DNA of 33,299 nucleotides from Acidimicrobiia bacterium (GTDB lineage Bacteria; Actinomycetota; Acidimicrobiia; Acidimicrobiales; CAIXPF01): NCBI GenBank assembly GCA_031422955.1, contig JANPEN010000618.1, positions 1 to 33,299 of the forward strand, read 5' to 3'. Shown piece by piece: positions 26,031 to 33,299 of this stretch (position 1 is its first letter; each line of letters starts with the position of its first letter). The notes under the pieces were generated by a model. It saw only the letters and a program-made list of their open reading frames with translations, ran no database searches and was not told where the DNA came from. The position numbers and the translations under genes were made by a program.

Positions 26031-26903
26031 ATGCACATCGGTCTGTTCCTGGGGGCGTTCGTTCCGCCTGTCTCACCGGCGTTCCTGGCGGCTGCGGCCA
26101 AGGGGGCGGAGGCCCGCGGCTTCCACTCGGTCTGGGTGGGGGAGCACGTGGTGCTGTTCGACCGTTACGCCAAGGAATACCCCTACGCCGACAGCGGCGA
26201 GTTCCCCCTCAGCGGTGAGGGGGGCATGGCCGAGCCGTTCACCACCCTCGCCTGGCTGGCCGGGCAGACCACCACCATACGGTTAGGTACGGGGGTGATT
26301 CTGGTGCCCCAACGAAACCCGCTCTATACCGCCAAGGAGGTGGCCAACGTCGATTGGTTGTCGGGCGGTCGCGTCGATTTCGGGATCGGTGTTGGCTGGC
26401 AGCGGGAGGAGTTCGAGGCGTTGCAGGTGCCGTGGGAACGCCGTGGCGCCCGCAACGACGAGTACATCGAGCTGATGCGCCGGTTGTGGATGGACGCCGA
26501 ATCCACCCATCAGGGCGAGTTCTGGCAGCTCGAGCCTTCCCGGGCCTTTCCCAAGCCGGTGCAGCAGCCCCACCCTCCCATTCACATCGGTGGCGAGAGC
26601 GACGTGGCCCTGCGCCGGGTCGCCCGCCTCGGCGCCCACTGGTTGCCCTTCAACGTGACCCCGACCGCCTTGGTGGAACGGCGCGCTGCGCTGGCCCAAC
26701 TGCTGCAGGAGAAGGGCCGGCCCATCGAAGACGTGCACATCACGGTGAGCCCGAATCGTGATGCCGCCCGTCCCGAGGAGGCGGCCGCCTTCGCCGAGGC
26801 GGGTGCGGACCAGTTGCTCGTGCACCTGCGCCGGAAGTGGAACCTGGACAACCTCGACGATGGGCTCGATGAGCTGGCCGCGGCCTACGGCGTCGGGTCG
26901 TGA
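26031..26903 (+). CDS. LLM-class probable F420-dependent oxidoreductase (Rv2161c-like)
   Basis: AEARGFHSVWVGEHVV, EPFTTLAWLAGQTTTIRLGTGV, LSGGRVDFGIGVGW..EEF and PKPVQQPHPPIHIGG. Confidence 0.88.
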   Translation: MHIGLFLGAFVPPVSPAFLAAAAKGAEARGFHSVWVGEHVVLFDRYAKEYPYADSGEFPLSGEGGMAEPFTTLAWLAGQTTTIRLGTGVILVPQRNPLYTAKEVANVDWLSGGRVDFGIGVGWQREEFEALQVPWERRGARNDEYIELMRRLWMDAESTHQGEFWQLEPSRAFPKPVQQPHPPIHIGGESDVALRRVARLGAHWLPFNVTPTALVERRAALAQLLQEKGRPIEDVHITVSPNRDAARPEEAAAFAEAGADQLLVHLRRKWNLDNLDDGLDELAAAYGVGS

Positions 26904-28177
26904 GCGAGGTCGGTGCCGCCCCCTACAGGTTGCCGTCGGGCTGCCCGCATTTCGACCATCACATGCGGTACGTCGATGACAATACCGATCGGTATCAGGA
27001 CTACGACGCGCTGCGGGGTGAGCGGGTGGCGTGGTCGGATGCGTACGGGGGGTTCTGGATACTCACCCACTACGAGGACGTGGTGCAGGCGGAGAGTGAC
27101 TGGCGGACCTTCTCCTCCGCCGGTGCTGTGGTCTCCCCGGTGCAGAGCGGACGGCGGGTCAACCAAGTCGCCTTGGAACAGGACCCGCCCGAGCACACCC
27201 TCTATCGCCACCTCTACCAAGATCTGCTGAGCCGGGCCAGGGTGGCGGCAGCGACGCCCTACATCACCGAGGTCGCCCGACGCCGGGTGGATGACCTTGC
27301 CGCCCGTGGCGGCGGGGACTTCGTGGCCCAGGTGGCGGTGCCGTTCCCCATCGAGATCGTGGCCTACCTGCTGGGTCTCGACGCGGACATGGTGGCGGAG
27401 CTCCGCACCCTCAGCGAGCAGGCCTGGGCGGCGCTGAGCCGTCCGGCTGCCGCCTCGGCCGCGGTTGGAGCAACGCCCGCCCGCGCATCGGCGGTACCGC
27501 CCACCTTGGGGCGGCTGTTACGAGCGGAGCTGCAACGACGCCGTGATCAGCCCCGAGATGATTTTCTGACCGAGCTGGCCGGTATGCGCGTCGACGGCGA
27601 GCCGATGCCGGAACTGGGCCTGGCTTCCTTCCTGGTCGGCGCCGTCATCGCCGGCCATGACACCACGTTGGCGGCGGCGGCGAACCTGGCCTACCAGCTC
27701 GCCATCGAGCCGGCCTTGGCCCGACGGCTGCGGGAACAGCCAGCGTTGATCCCAAGGGCCATTGACGAGAGCCTTCGTCACCGTAGTCCCGTGCAAAACT
27801 TCTTCCGCACGGTCACCCGCCCCGTGCGCATCGGTGGGGTTGCCATGGCTGCGGGTGATCGGGTGATGTTGCTCTACGGGGCGGCCAACCGGGATCCGAA
27901 CCAGTTCGGGTGCCCCGAGCGGTTCGATCTCGACCGCTATGACAGCAATCGTGAGGCCAGGGGCCATCTCGCCTACGGCTACGGTGTGCACCGCTGCGCG
28001 GGGGCGCACCTGGCTGAGGTGGAGCTGCGGATGCTGCTCGACGCAGTGTTGCGCTACGACCTCCAGCTCGACGGGGATGTCTCCTTCGCCCCTACCGCCC
28101 ATGGTGCGTTTCTTGCCCTCACCGAACTGCCGCTGCGGCTGACCGCGCCGGCGATGGGGGACCTGCTGCCGCGCTGA
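26900..28177 (+). CDS. Cytochrome P450
   Basis: I-helix AGHDTT, ExxR (ESLR) and heme motif HLAYGYGVHRCAG. GTGA overlap with the LLM gene. Confidence 0.93.
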   Translation: MSEVGAAPYRLPSGCPHFDHHMRYVDDNTDRYQDYDALRGERVAWSDAYGGFWILTHYEDVVQAESDWRTFSSAGAVVSPVQSGRRVNQVALEQDPPEHTLYRHLYQDLLSRARVAAATPYITEVARRRVDDLAARGGGDFVAQVAVPFPIEIVAYLLGLDADMVAELRTLSEQAWAALSRPAAASAAVGATPARASAVPPTLGRLLRAELQRRRDQPRDDFLTELAGMRVDGEPMPELGLASFLVGAVIAGHDTTLAAAANLAYQLAIEPALARRLREQPALIPRAIDESLRHRSPVQNFFRTVTRPVRIGGVAMAAGDRVMLLYGAANRDPNQFGCPERFDLDRYDSNREARGHLAYGYGVHRCAGAHLAEVELRMLLDAVLRYDLQLDGDVSFAPTAHGAFLALTELPLRLTAPAMGDLLPR

Positions 28178-28284
28178 CGGGCGCTCGCGGTTGGTCGTGC
28201 GGATGCGTCTGGCACCACGCCACCGGCCGGCCCCGCACAGCCCGAGGACAACCGGCTACCCCCACTCGGTGGAGGGCATCGGCT

Positions 28285-29535
28285 TCAGGGGGGGATCGGC
28301 TGGTCCGGCGTGGAGCGCTCGTAGATCACGCCAGCATCGATGAGCGCGGCCACATCGGAATCGCTGCGTCCGAGCCGCTCCTGCAGGATCTGGCGGTTGT
28401 GTTCGCCGATGGCCGCGGCGCGCAGTTCCGGCAGCTGGGGTTGGGCGGAAAACTTGAACGGAAAGCCGGGGATCGGGATGGGTCCGGTCACCGGGTCATC
28501 GACCCAGCGGACCATGTCGCGGCTCTTGAAGTAGGGGTGGTCGAGGGCGTCGAGGGGAGAGAGCACCGGACCGGCCGGTACGTGGTGGCGTTCCAGCTCG
28601 TCGAGCACGTCCTGGTCTTGGGCGAAGCTGGCCATCCAGTTCTCGATGAGGGGGATCAGCTCGGCTCGATGCTCCGCCCGCTGCGCCAGGGTGGTGTAAC
28701 GCGGGTTGTCCAACAGGTCCGGCCGGCCGATGCAATGGCACACGTTGGCCCATTGCAGGTCCAATGCCAGCACCACGATGTAACCCTGCGGTGCCCGGAA
28801 ACAGCCGGCCGGGAACACCGCCCCGTGGTGGGCGCCGAAGCGTTTGGGCTCGACTTCGCCGTTGGTTAGATGATGGGCCATCAACTGACCCTCGTGGAAA
28901 TGGAAAAGGGCATCGGTCATGGAGATGTCCAAGAACTGGCCGCGTCCGGTCTTTTCGCGGTGGTACAACGCGTAACCAAGCGAAGCGAAACCGTGTACCG
29001 CGGCGTTGGTGTCGCCCAGGGCCGACCACACGATGCCGGGCGGGCTGTCAGGATCACCGGTCATGTGCATCATGCCCGAGACGGCTTGGGAGATGTAGTC
29101 ATAGCCCGGCTTGCCGGCCCAGGCCGAATCCCGCCCGAAGCAGGACACCGACAGGTAGATGATCTGGGGATTCACCGCACGAATTGACTCGTAGCCAAGG
29201 CCTCGCCTCGCCATGATGTCGCCCGAGGAGAAGTTCTCGGCCACGATGTCCACGTCGCGTGCCAACTCCAACAGCAGCGCTTGGCCCTCCGGGTGGTTCC
29301 AGTCCACGCACAGGCTCTTCTTGCCCCGGTTGTGCTGCACGAAGAACCCGCTGCGCCCGTTGGCGGCGAAGGGCAGCAGGCGCCCACCGTCGCCCACCTC
29401 GGGGATCTCGACCTTGATGATGTCCGCCCCGAGCTCTGCCATCATGCGGGTCACCCCGGCCCCGGCGAGGTACTGGGTGAAATCCAGCACCGTGCAGCCC
29501 TCGAGAATCATCGGTCCGTCATCCCTCGGCGACAT
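28285..29535 (-). CDS. CaiB/BaiF (family III) CoA-transferase
   Basis: LEGCTVLDFTQYLAG, LGADIIKVE, NRGKKS, ENF and GYDYISQAVSG. GGGGAG RBS before ATG 29535. Confidence 0.92.
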   Translation of the reverse strand: MSPRDDGPMILEGCTVLDFTQYLAGAGVTRMMAELGADIIKVEIPEVGDGGRLLPFAANGRSGFFVQHNRGKKSLCVDWNHPEGQALLLELARDVDIVAENFSSGDIMARRGLGYESIRAVNPQIIYLSVSCFGRDSAWAGKPGYDYISQAVSGMMHMTGDPDSPPGIVWSALGDTNAAVHGFASLGYALYHREKTGRGQFLDISMTDALFHFHEGQLMAHHLTNGEVEPKRFGAHHGAVFPAGCFRAPQGYIVVLALDLQWANVCHCIGRPDLLDNPRYTTLAQRAEHRAELIPLIENWMASFAQDQDVLDELERHHVPAGPVLSPLDALDHPYFKSRDMVRWVDDPVTGPIPIPGFPFKFSAQPQLPELRAAAIGEHNRQILQERLGRSDSDVAALIDAGVIYERSTPDQPIPP

Positions 29536-29667
29536 GAGCGCTCCCCCTACTGATTCGATGTTTGGCCGCCCGCAGCGTAAGCCGCGGGGGTCGATCGTGC
29601 TCGGTGTTCGCCGCCATCTACGATTATGGGGCACCTCGCCGCGGGCGCCACCGCATCGGGGGCAGGG

Positions 29668-29703
29668 CCGATGGGGGAGCACAACCCGATGGGGGAGCAC
29701 AAC
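29668..29703 (+). repeat. Perfect 18-bp tandem duplication CCGATGGGGGAGCACAAC x2 containing the BVMO RBS
   Basis: Units at 29668-29685 and 29686-29703, directly followed by ATG 29704. Confidence 0.9.
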
Positions 29704-31329
29704 ATGGACAGCGCCGAGACGGCAGCGCACTACGAAGCTATTGTCATTGGTGCGGGGGTGTGCGGTATCTACCAGCTGTACAAGCTCCTGCAGATGGGCG
29801 TGCCCACCCTCGTGCTCGAGGCGGGGGCGGACCTCGGTGGTACCTGGTTCTGGAACCGCTATCCCGGCGCCCGGTTCGATTCGGAGAGCGTCAGCTACGC
29901 CTACTCCTTCTCCGAGGAGTTGCTGCAGGAATGGGATTGGAAGGAGCGGTTCTCGGGACAGCCGGAGAACCATCGCTATCTCAGTTACGTGGCCGACAAA
30001 TTCGACCTGCGCCGGCACATGCGTTTCAACGCGGTGGTCGAGTCGGCCCACTTCGACGAAGACGCCACCCTGTGGCGGTTGCGTCTCCGCGATGGTCAAA
30101 CGTTCACCTGCCGGTTCTTCATTCCCGCCATCGGCCTGCTGTCGGCGCCGACCCTGCCCCGCTACGAGGGCCTTGACAGCTTCGCCGGACCTTCGTTCCA
30201 CACCTACCACTGGCCCGAGGAGGCGGTCCCACTGGAGGGCAAGCGGGTGGCGGTGGTGGGCACCGGGGCGACCGGGGTGCAGATCATCGGCGCCATTGCG
30301 GACAAGGTGGGTTCGCTGACGGTGTTCCAGCGGCGGCCGAACTGGTGCGCGCCCCTGCACAACGCGGAGATCTCCGCGGAGGAGATGGCCGACCTCAAGA
30401 CCCGTTATGACGAGGTCTTCGCCATCTGCGCTCGAACGCCAGGCGGGTTCCTGCACGAACCGGACCGCCGCAAGTTCTTCGAGGTGTCACGGGAGGAACG
30501 GCTGGCCACGTGGGAGAAGCTCTACGGAGAGCCGGGCTTCGGCATCTGGTTCGGGAACTTCCGGGAGGTGTTGATGGATGAGCTCGCCAACGAAGAGTTT
30601 TCTGCTTTCATTGCCGACAAGATCCGTTCCCGTGTGCATGACCCTGTCGTGGCCGAGCAGCTCATCCCCAAAGACCACGGCTTCGGTGTGCAGCGCGTGC
30701 CGATGGAGACCAACTACTACGAGGCGTACAACCGCGACAACGTCGAGTTGGTCAGCCTCCAGGACACGCCGATTGAGTGCATCACCCCCACCGGCATCCG
30801 CACGAGCGAGCGCGACTACGAATTCGACGTCATCGTGTACGCCACCGGCTTCGATGCGGCCACCGGCGCCTATGACCGAATCGACATTCGGGGGGTTGGC
30901 GGCGAGAGGCTACGGGACAGTTGGGCCGACGGGCCCTCGACCTTCCTGGGCATGTTGACCCGAGGCTTCCCGAACATGATCATGCCCACCGGGCCGCAAA
31001 GTGGTTCGGCTTCCACCAACTTCCCGCGTGGTATCGAGCTGGGTGTGGACTGGGTGATTGGGCTGCTGGCCCACATGCGCGACAACGGGCTGAGCCGGGC
31101 CGAGCCGACCTCCGAAGCGGAGGAGGAATGGACCGCCCACGTAGCTGCCATGTACGGGATGTTGCTCATGCGCAAGGCGAAAAGCTGGTTTACCGGCTAC
31201 AACTCCAACGTTGATGGCCATGAGCACGGCAAGACCCGCTACCTCGTCTACAACGGCGGAACGCCCAAGTTCCGGCGGCGTATCAACACCGTCGCCGAGC
31301 AGGGCTACGCCGGCGTGACGTTCAGCTGA
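29704..31329 (+). CDS. Type I Baeyer-Villiger monooxygenase (cyclohexanone/steroid monooxygenase-like)
   Basis: GAGVCG, GGTWFWNRYPGARFD, fingerprint FAGPSFHTYHWP, GTGATG and ATGFDA. Confidence 0.93.
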   Translation: MDSAETAAHYEAIVIGAGVCGIYQLYKLLQMGVPTLVLEAGADLGGTWFWNRYPGARFDSESVSYAYSFSEELLQEWDWKERFSGQPENHRYLSYVADKFDLRRHMRFNAVVESAHFDEDATLWRLRLRDGQTFTCRFFIPAIGLLSAPTLPRYEGLDSFAGPSFHTYHWPEEAVPLEGKRVAVVGTGATGVQIIGAIADKVGSLTVFQRRPNWCAPLHNAEISAEEMADLKTRYDEVFAICARTPGGFLHEPDRRKFFEVSREERLATWEKLYGEPGFGIWFGNFREVLMDELANEEFSAFIADKIRSRVHDPVVAEQLIPKDHGFGVQRVPMETNYYEAYNRDNVELVSLQDTPIECITPTGIRTSERDYEFDVIVYATGFDAATGAYDRIDIRGVGGERLRDSWADGPSTFLGMLTRGFPNMIMPTGPQSGSASTNFPRGIELGVDWVIGLLAHMRDNGLSRAEPTSEAEEEWTAHVAAMYGMLLMRKAKSWFTGYNSNVDGHEHGKTRYLVYNGGTPKFRRRINTVAEQGYAGVTFS

Positions 31330-31382
31330 GCGAAGGTCCACAGCTCTCCTCGTCAGGGGCGCAGGTGAGGAGGCTCGATGGG

Positions 31383-32675
31383 TCAGGGCTCGTGGCGCCG
31401 AATGACCAAGGAGGAGTTCTGGCCGCCGAAACCGAAGGCGTTGATCTGCATGGTCCGAGCCTCGATGCTGACCGGTTGGCCGGTAATAATGCGGACATCG
31501 GCCTCCGGCTCCACCGTCCGGGTGCCGGCTACGTTCGGGAAGACGCCAGCCCGAAGCGTTTCGAGCGCGGCGATCACGCTCATCGTGCCCGAGGCGGCGC
31601 CGGTGTGTCCGGTGTGGCCCTTGATTGAGGTCATGGGCAGGTCCCGGCCCCCGTGCACCGCGTTGACGGCGCGGATCTCGGCGATGTCGCCTTTTGGCGT
31701 GCCGGTGCCGTGGGCGATCAGCGCGTCGATCTCGCCGGGCTGGCAGCCGGCATCGGCCAGCGCCTCAAGCATGACCTCAGCCTCCCAGCGACCGGTCGGT
31801 TCCGGTGAGGACGGGTGGTAACCATCGGCGAGGGACCCATAGCCGAGTACCTCGCCCATGATGGTGGCGCCACGGGCGGTGGCGTGGGCCTCGGTCTCTA
31901 GGACCAGCATGGCGCTGCCGTCGCCGGTGACGATGCCCTGCCGATCGACATCGAAGGGGATCAACGCTCGGCGAGGATCCCGGCCCGCAGGAAACATGCC
32001 GTAGCTGGCCTGGGCGTGGAACCATACGGGGGCGAAGGCACCGTCGCGTTTCCCGCTGGCCAGCGGCAGCCCGCCTTCGGTGCCACCCACCAGCGCCACG
32101 TCCACGGTCCCGGCGGCGAGTAGTCGCGCGGCCGTGCCGATGGCGTCTATGGAGGAGGCACAGGCGGTGCTGAGCGTGAGTTGTGGGCCGTGCAGCCCGA
32201 ATCGCATGGCGATCTGCGCGGCCGCCATGTTGGGCAACATCTGGATCATCGATTTGCGATCTACCGCAGCCGCGCCGTGACGTTCCAGTTGATGTTGGGC
32301 TTTGGTCAGGGCCCGGATGCCGCCCATGCTGGTGCCGTGCACTACCGCGGTTCGCCGGGGATGCAGTTCCCCCAGCCCGGCGGCGGCCACGCATTGGGCG
32401 GCGGCGGCCACCGCGAACTGGGAGAACAGGTCGGTCCCCGCCACCACGGTTTCTTCCATCCACACCGAGGGATCAAAGCCGGCCACGACGGCCCACCAGG
32501 CGAAGGTCTCCTCGTCGACCCAGGGGGCAGGAGCGATGCCGATGGTGTTGGTGTGCAGCGCGTGCAGAAAGGTGGCCACATCGGTGCCGATGGGCGAGAC
32601 GATGCCGCTGCCGGTGATGAGGACCCTGTGCATGGCGAACTCCGATACCGTCCGTCTTTCGCGGCCGCCGCTCAC
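31383..32675 (-). CDS. Beta-ketoacyl-ACP synthase II (FabF-like)
   Basis: STACASS (Cys), AHGTGT (His), KGHTGH (His) and NAFGFGGQN. Start could be 32675, 32648 or 32633. Confidence 0.88.
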   Translation of the reverse strand: MSGGRERRTVSEFAMHRVLITGSGIVSPIGTDVATFLHALHTNTIGIAPAPWVDEETFAWWAVVAGFDPSVWMEETVVAGTDLFSQFAVAAAAQCVAAAGLGELHPRRTAVVHGTSMGGIRALTKAQHQLERHGAAAVDRKSMIQMLPNMAAAQIAMRFGLHGPQLTLSTACASSIDAIGTAARLLAAGTVDVALVGGTEGGLPLASGKRDGAFAPVWFHAQASYGMFPAGRDPRRALIPFDVDRQGIVTGDGSAMLVLETEAHATARGATIMGEVLGYGSLADGYHPSSPEPTGRWEAEVMLEALADAGCQPGEIDALIAHGTGTPKGDIAEIRAVNAVHGGRDLPMTSIKGHTGHTGAASGTMSVIAALETLRAGVFPNVAGTRTVEPEADVRIITGQPVSIEARTMQINAFGFGGQNSSLVIRRHEP

Positions 32676-32715
32676 CGTAGTCTTCCCGCCATCGGCGAAG
32701 TCGAGTCGAGTCGAG

Positions 32716-33156
32716 TCAACTCTGCTCTACGAGTGACTCCGTACCGCGAGGTGTGGTGATGGGATCGGCGTGGCGATGCACAAGCCGCCACCCCTCCGCC
32801 TCTTGGCGATAGACGCTGGTGACACGAAGGCTCAGCGTGCTCATGGTCGTGCTCTCACCGAGGCGGGCCCGGGCATGCTCGAAGGCGACCACGCAAGCGA
32901 GCCCTTCACTCTCATGACGGGCAAGCTCCTCGACACCGGTCAGCTCGCCGTCTCGGTACCTGGCCGCAGCGGCTGCGGTGGTCGCCTCAACTGCGTGGCG
33001 TCCCCGCACGAAAGGCCCGAATGGGTTGCCGAGGGTGACGTCCTCGGCGTGCGAGTACAGCTCGTGAATCGGGCGGGGATCCCCACGAACAACTGCCGCC
33101 ACTGCCGCATTGCTCAGCGCGATCGCGGCATCAAGGTCCCCCGCGTTTTGAACCAT
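32716..33156 (-). CDS. NTF2/SnoaL-like (DUF4440-type) protein
   Basis: LYSHAEDVTLGNPFG..VRG...LRVTSVYRQE.EGWRLVHRHADP. TAATG coupling to the upstream permease. Confidence 0.8.
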   Translation of the reverse strand: MVQNAGDLDAAIALSNAAVAAVVRGDPRPIHELYSHAEDVTLGNPFGPFVRGRHAVEATTAAAAARYRDGELTGVEELARHESEGLACVVAFEHARARLGESTTMSTLSLRVTSVYRQEAEGWRLVHRHADPITTPRGTESLVEQS

Positions 33157-33299
33157 TACAGGTTGCGTTGAGTTGGGTCGAGGCGAATGCGGAGCCAGTC
33201 ACCCAGCAGGTTGAAGGCGAACACGGTCAAGGCAATGGGGATCGCGGGGGCCGCCACCGGTTCCCAATTCCCTGCCATCAACCCGATGCGCGCCTCGGC
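33156..33299 (-). CDS. Peptide/nickel ABC transporter permease (DppC/OppC-like), 3' end only
   Basis: Manual translation: ...WEPVAAPAIPIALTVFAFNLLGDWLRIRLDPTQRNL*. FNLLGDxLR..LDP is the DppC C-terminal motif. Confidence 0.85.
   Translation of the reverse strand, partial: AEARIGLMAGNWEPVAAPAIPIALTVFAFNLLGDWLRIRLDPTQRNL

Noticed and set aside
26900-28177. P450 or LLM as RiPP tailoring enzymes
   Set aside because: They lie more than 6 kb from the precursor, beyond unrelated genes and inside a catabolic block.
32699-32718. (AGTCG)x3-4 microsatellite
   Set aside because: Very short, lies at a gene end, and has no supportable function.
1-33299. CRISPR array, tRNA/rRNA, IS or integrase
   Set aside because: No regularly spaced repeats, RNA-gene signatures or transposase/recombinase motifs were seen by eye. 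A covariance-model search was not run.

Overview
High-GC, actinobacterial-type DNA (F420-type LLM oxidoreductase, Hanks kinase, several apparent leaderless TAnnnT promoters) in four parts. (1) 1-2300: YqjF/DUF2071 and SRPBCC genes, then two decayed PIN-type toxin-antitoxin modules. (2) About 2430-19440: a candidate RiPP (ribosomal peptide natural product) cluster whose enzyme combination I cannot assign to a described class. An 11-kb translationally coupled minus-strand operon encodes a B12-radical SAM enzyme with a C-terminal RRE-like domain, YcaO, TfuA, a CmlA-like diiron MBL-fold enzyme, an FHA/pseudo-peptidase/ABC/cNMP-fold exporter, a GAF protein and a cytoplasmic S8 peptidase. A divergent operon encodes a split LanB dehydratase plus a second, divergent elimination-fold protein. 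A 108-aa precursor candidate (acidic leader, Ser/Thr-rich core) and a convergent membrane Ser/Thr kinase flank the cluster. (3) 19.7-22.5 kb: exported ankyrin and CHRD proteins. (4) 22.5-33.3 kb: a catabolic/lipid block (DUF35, Ltp2-like thiolase-fold protein, MFS, VOC, LLM, P450, CoA-transferase III, BVMO, FabF-like KS, NTF2-like protein, DppC 3' end). No rRNA, tRNA, CRISPR array or transposase was recognised. All calls come from reading motifs by eye; no searches were run.
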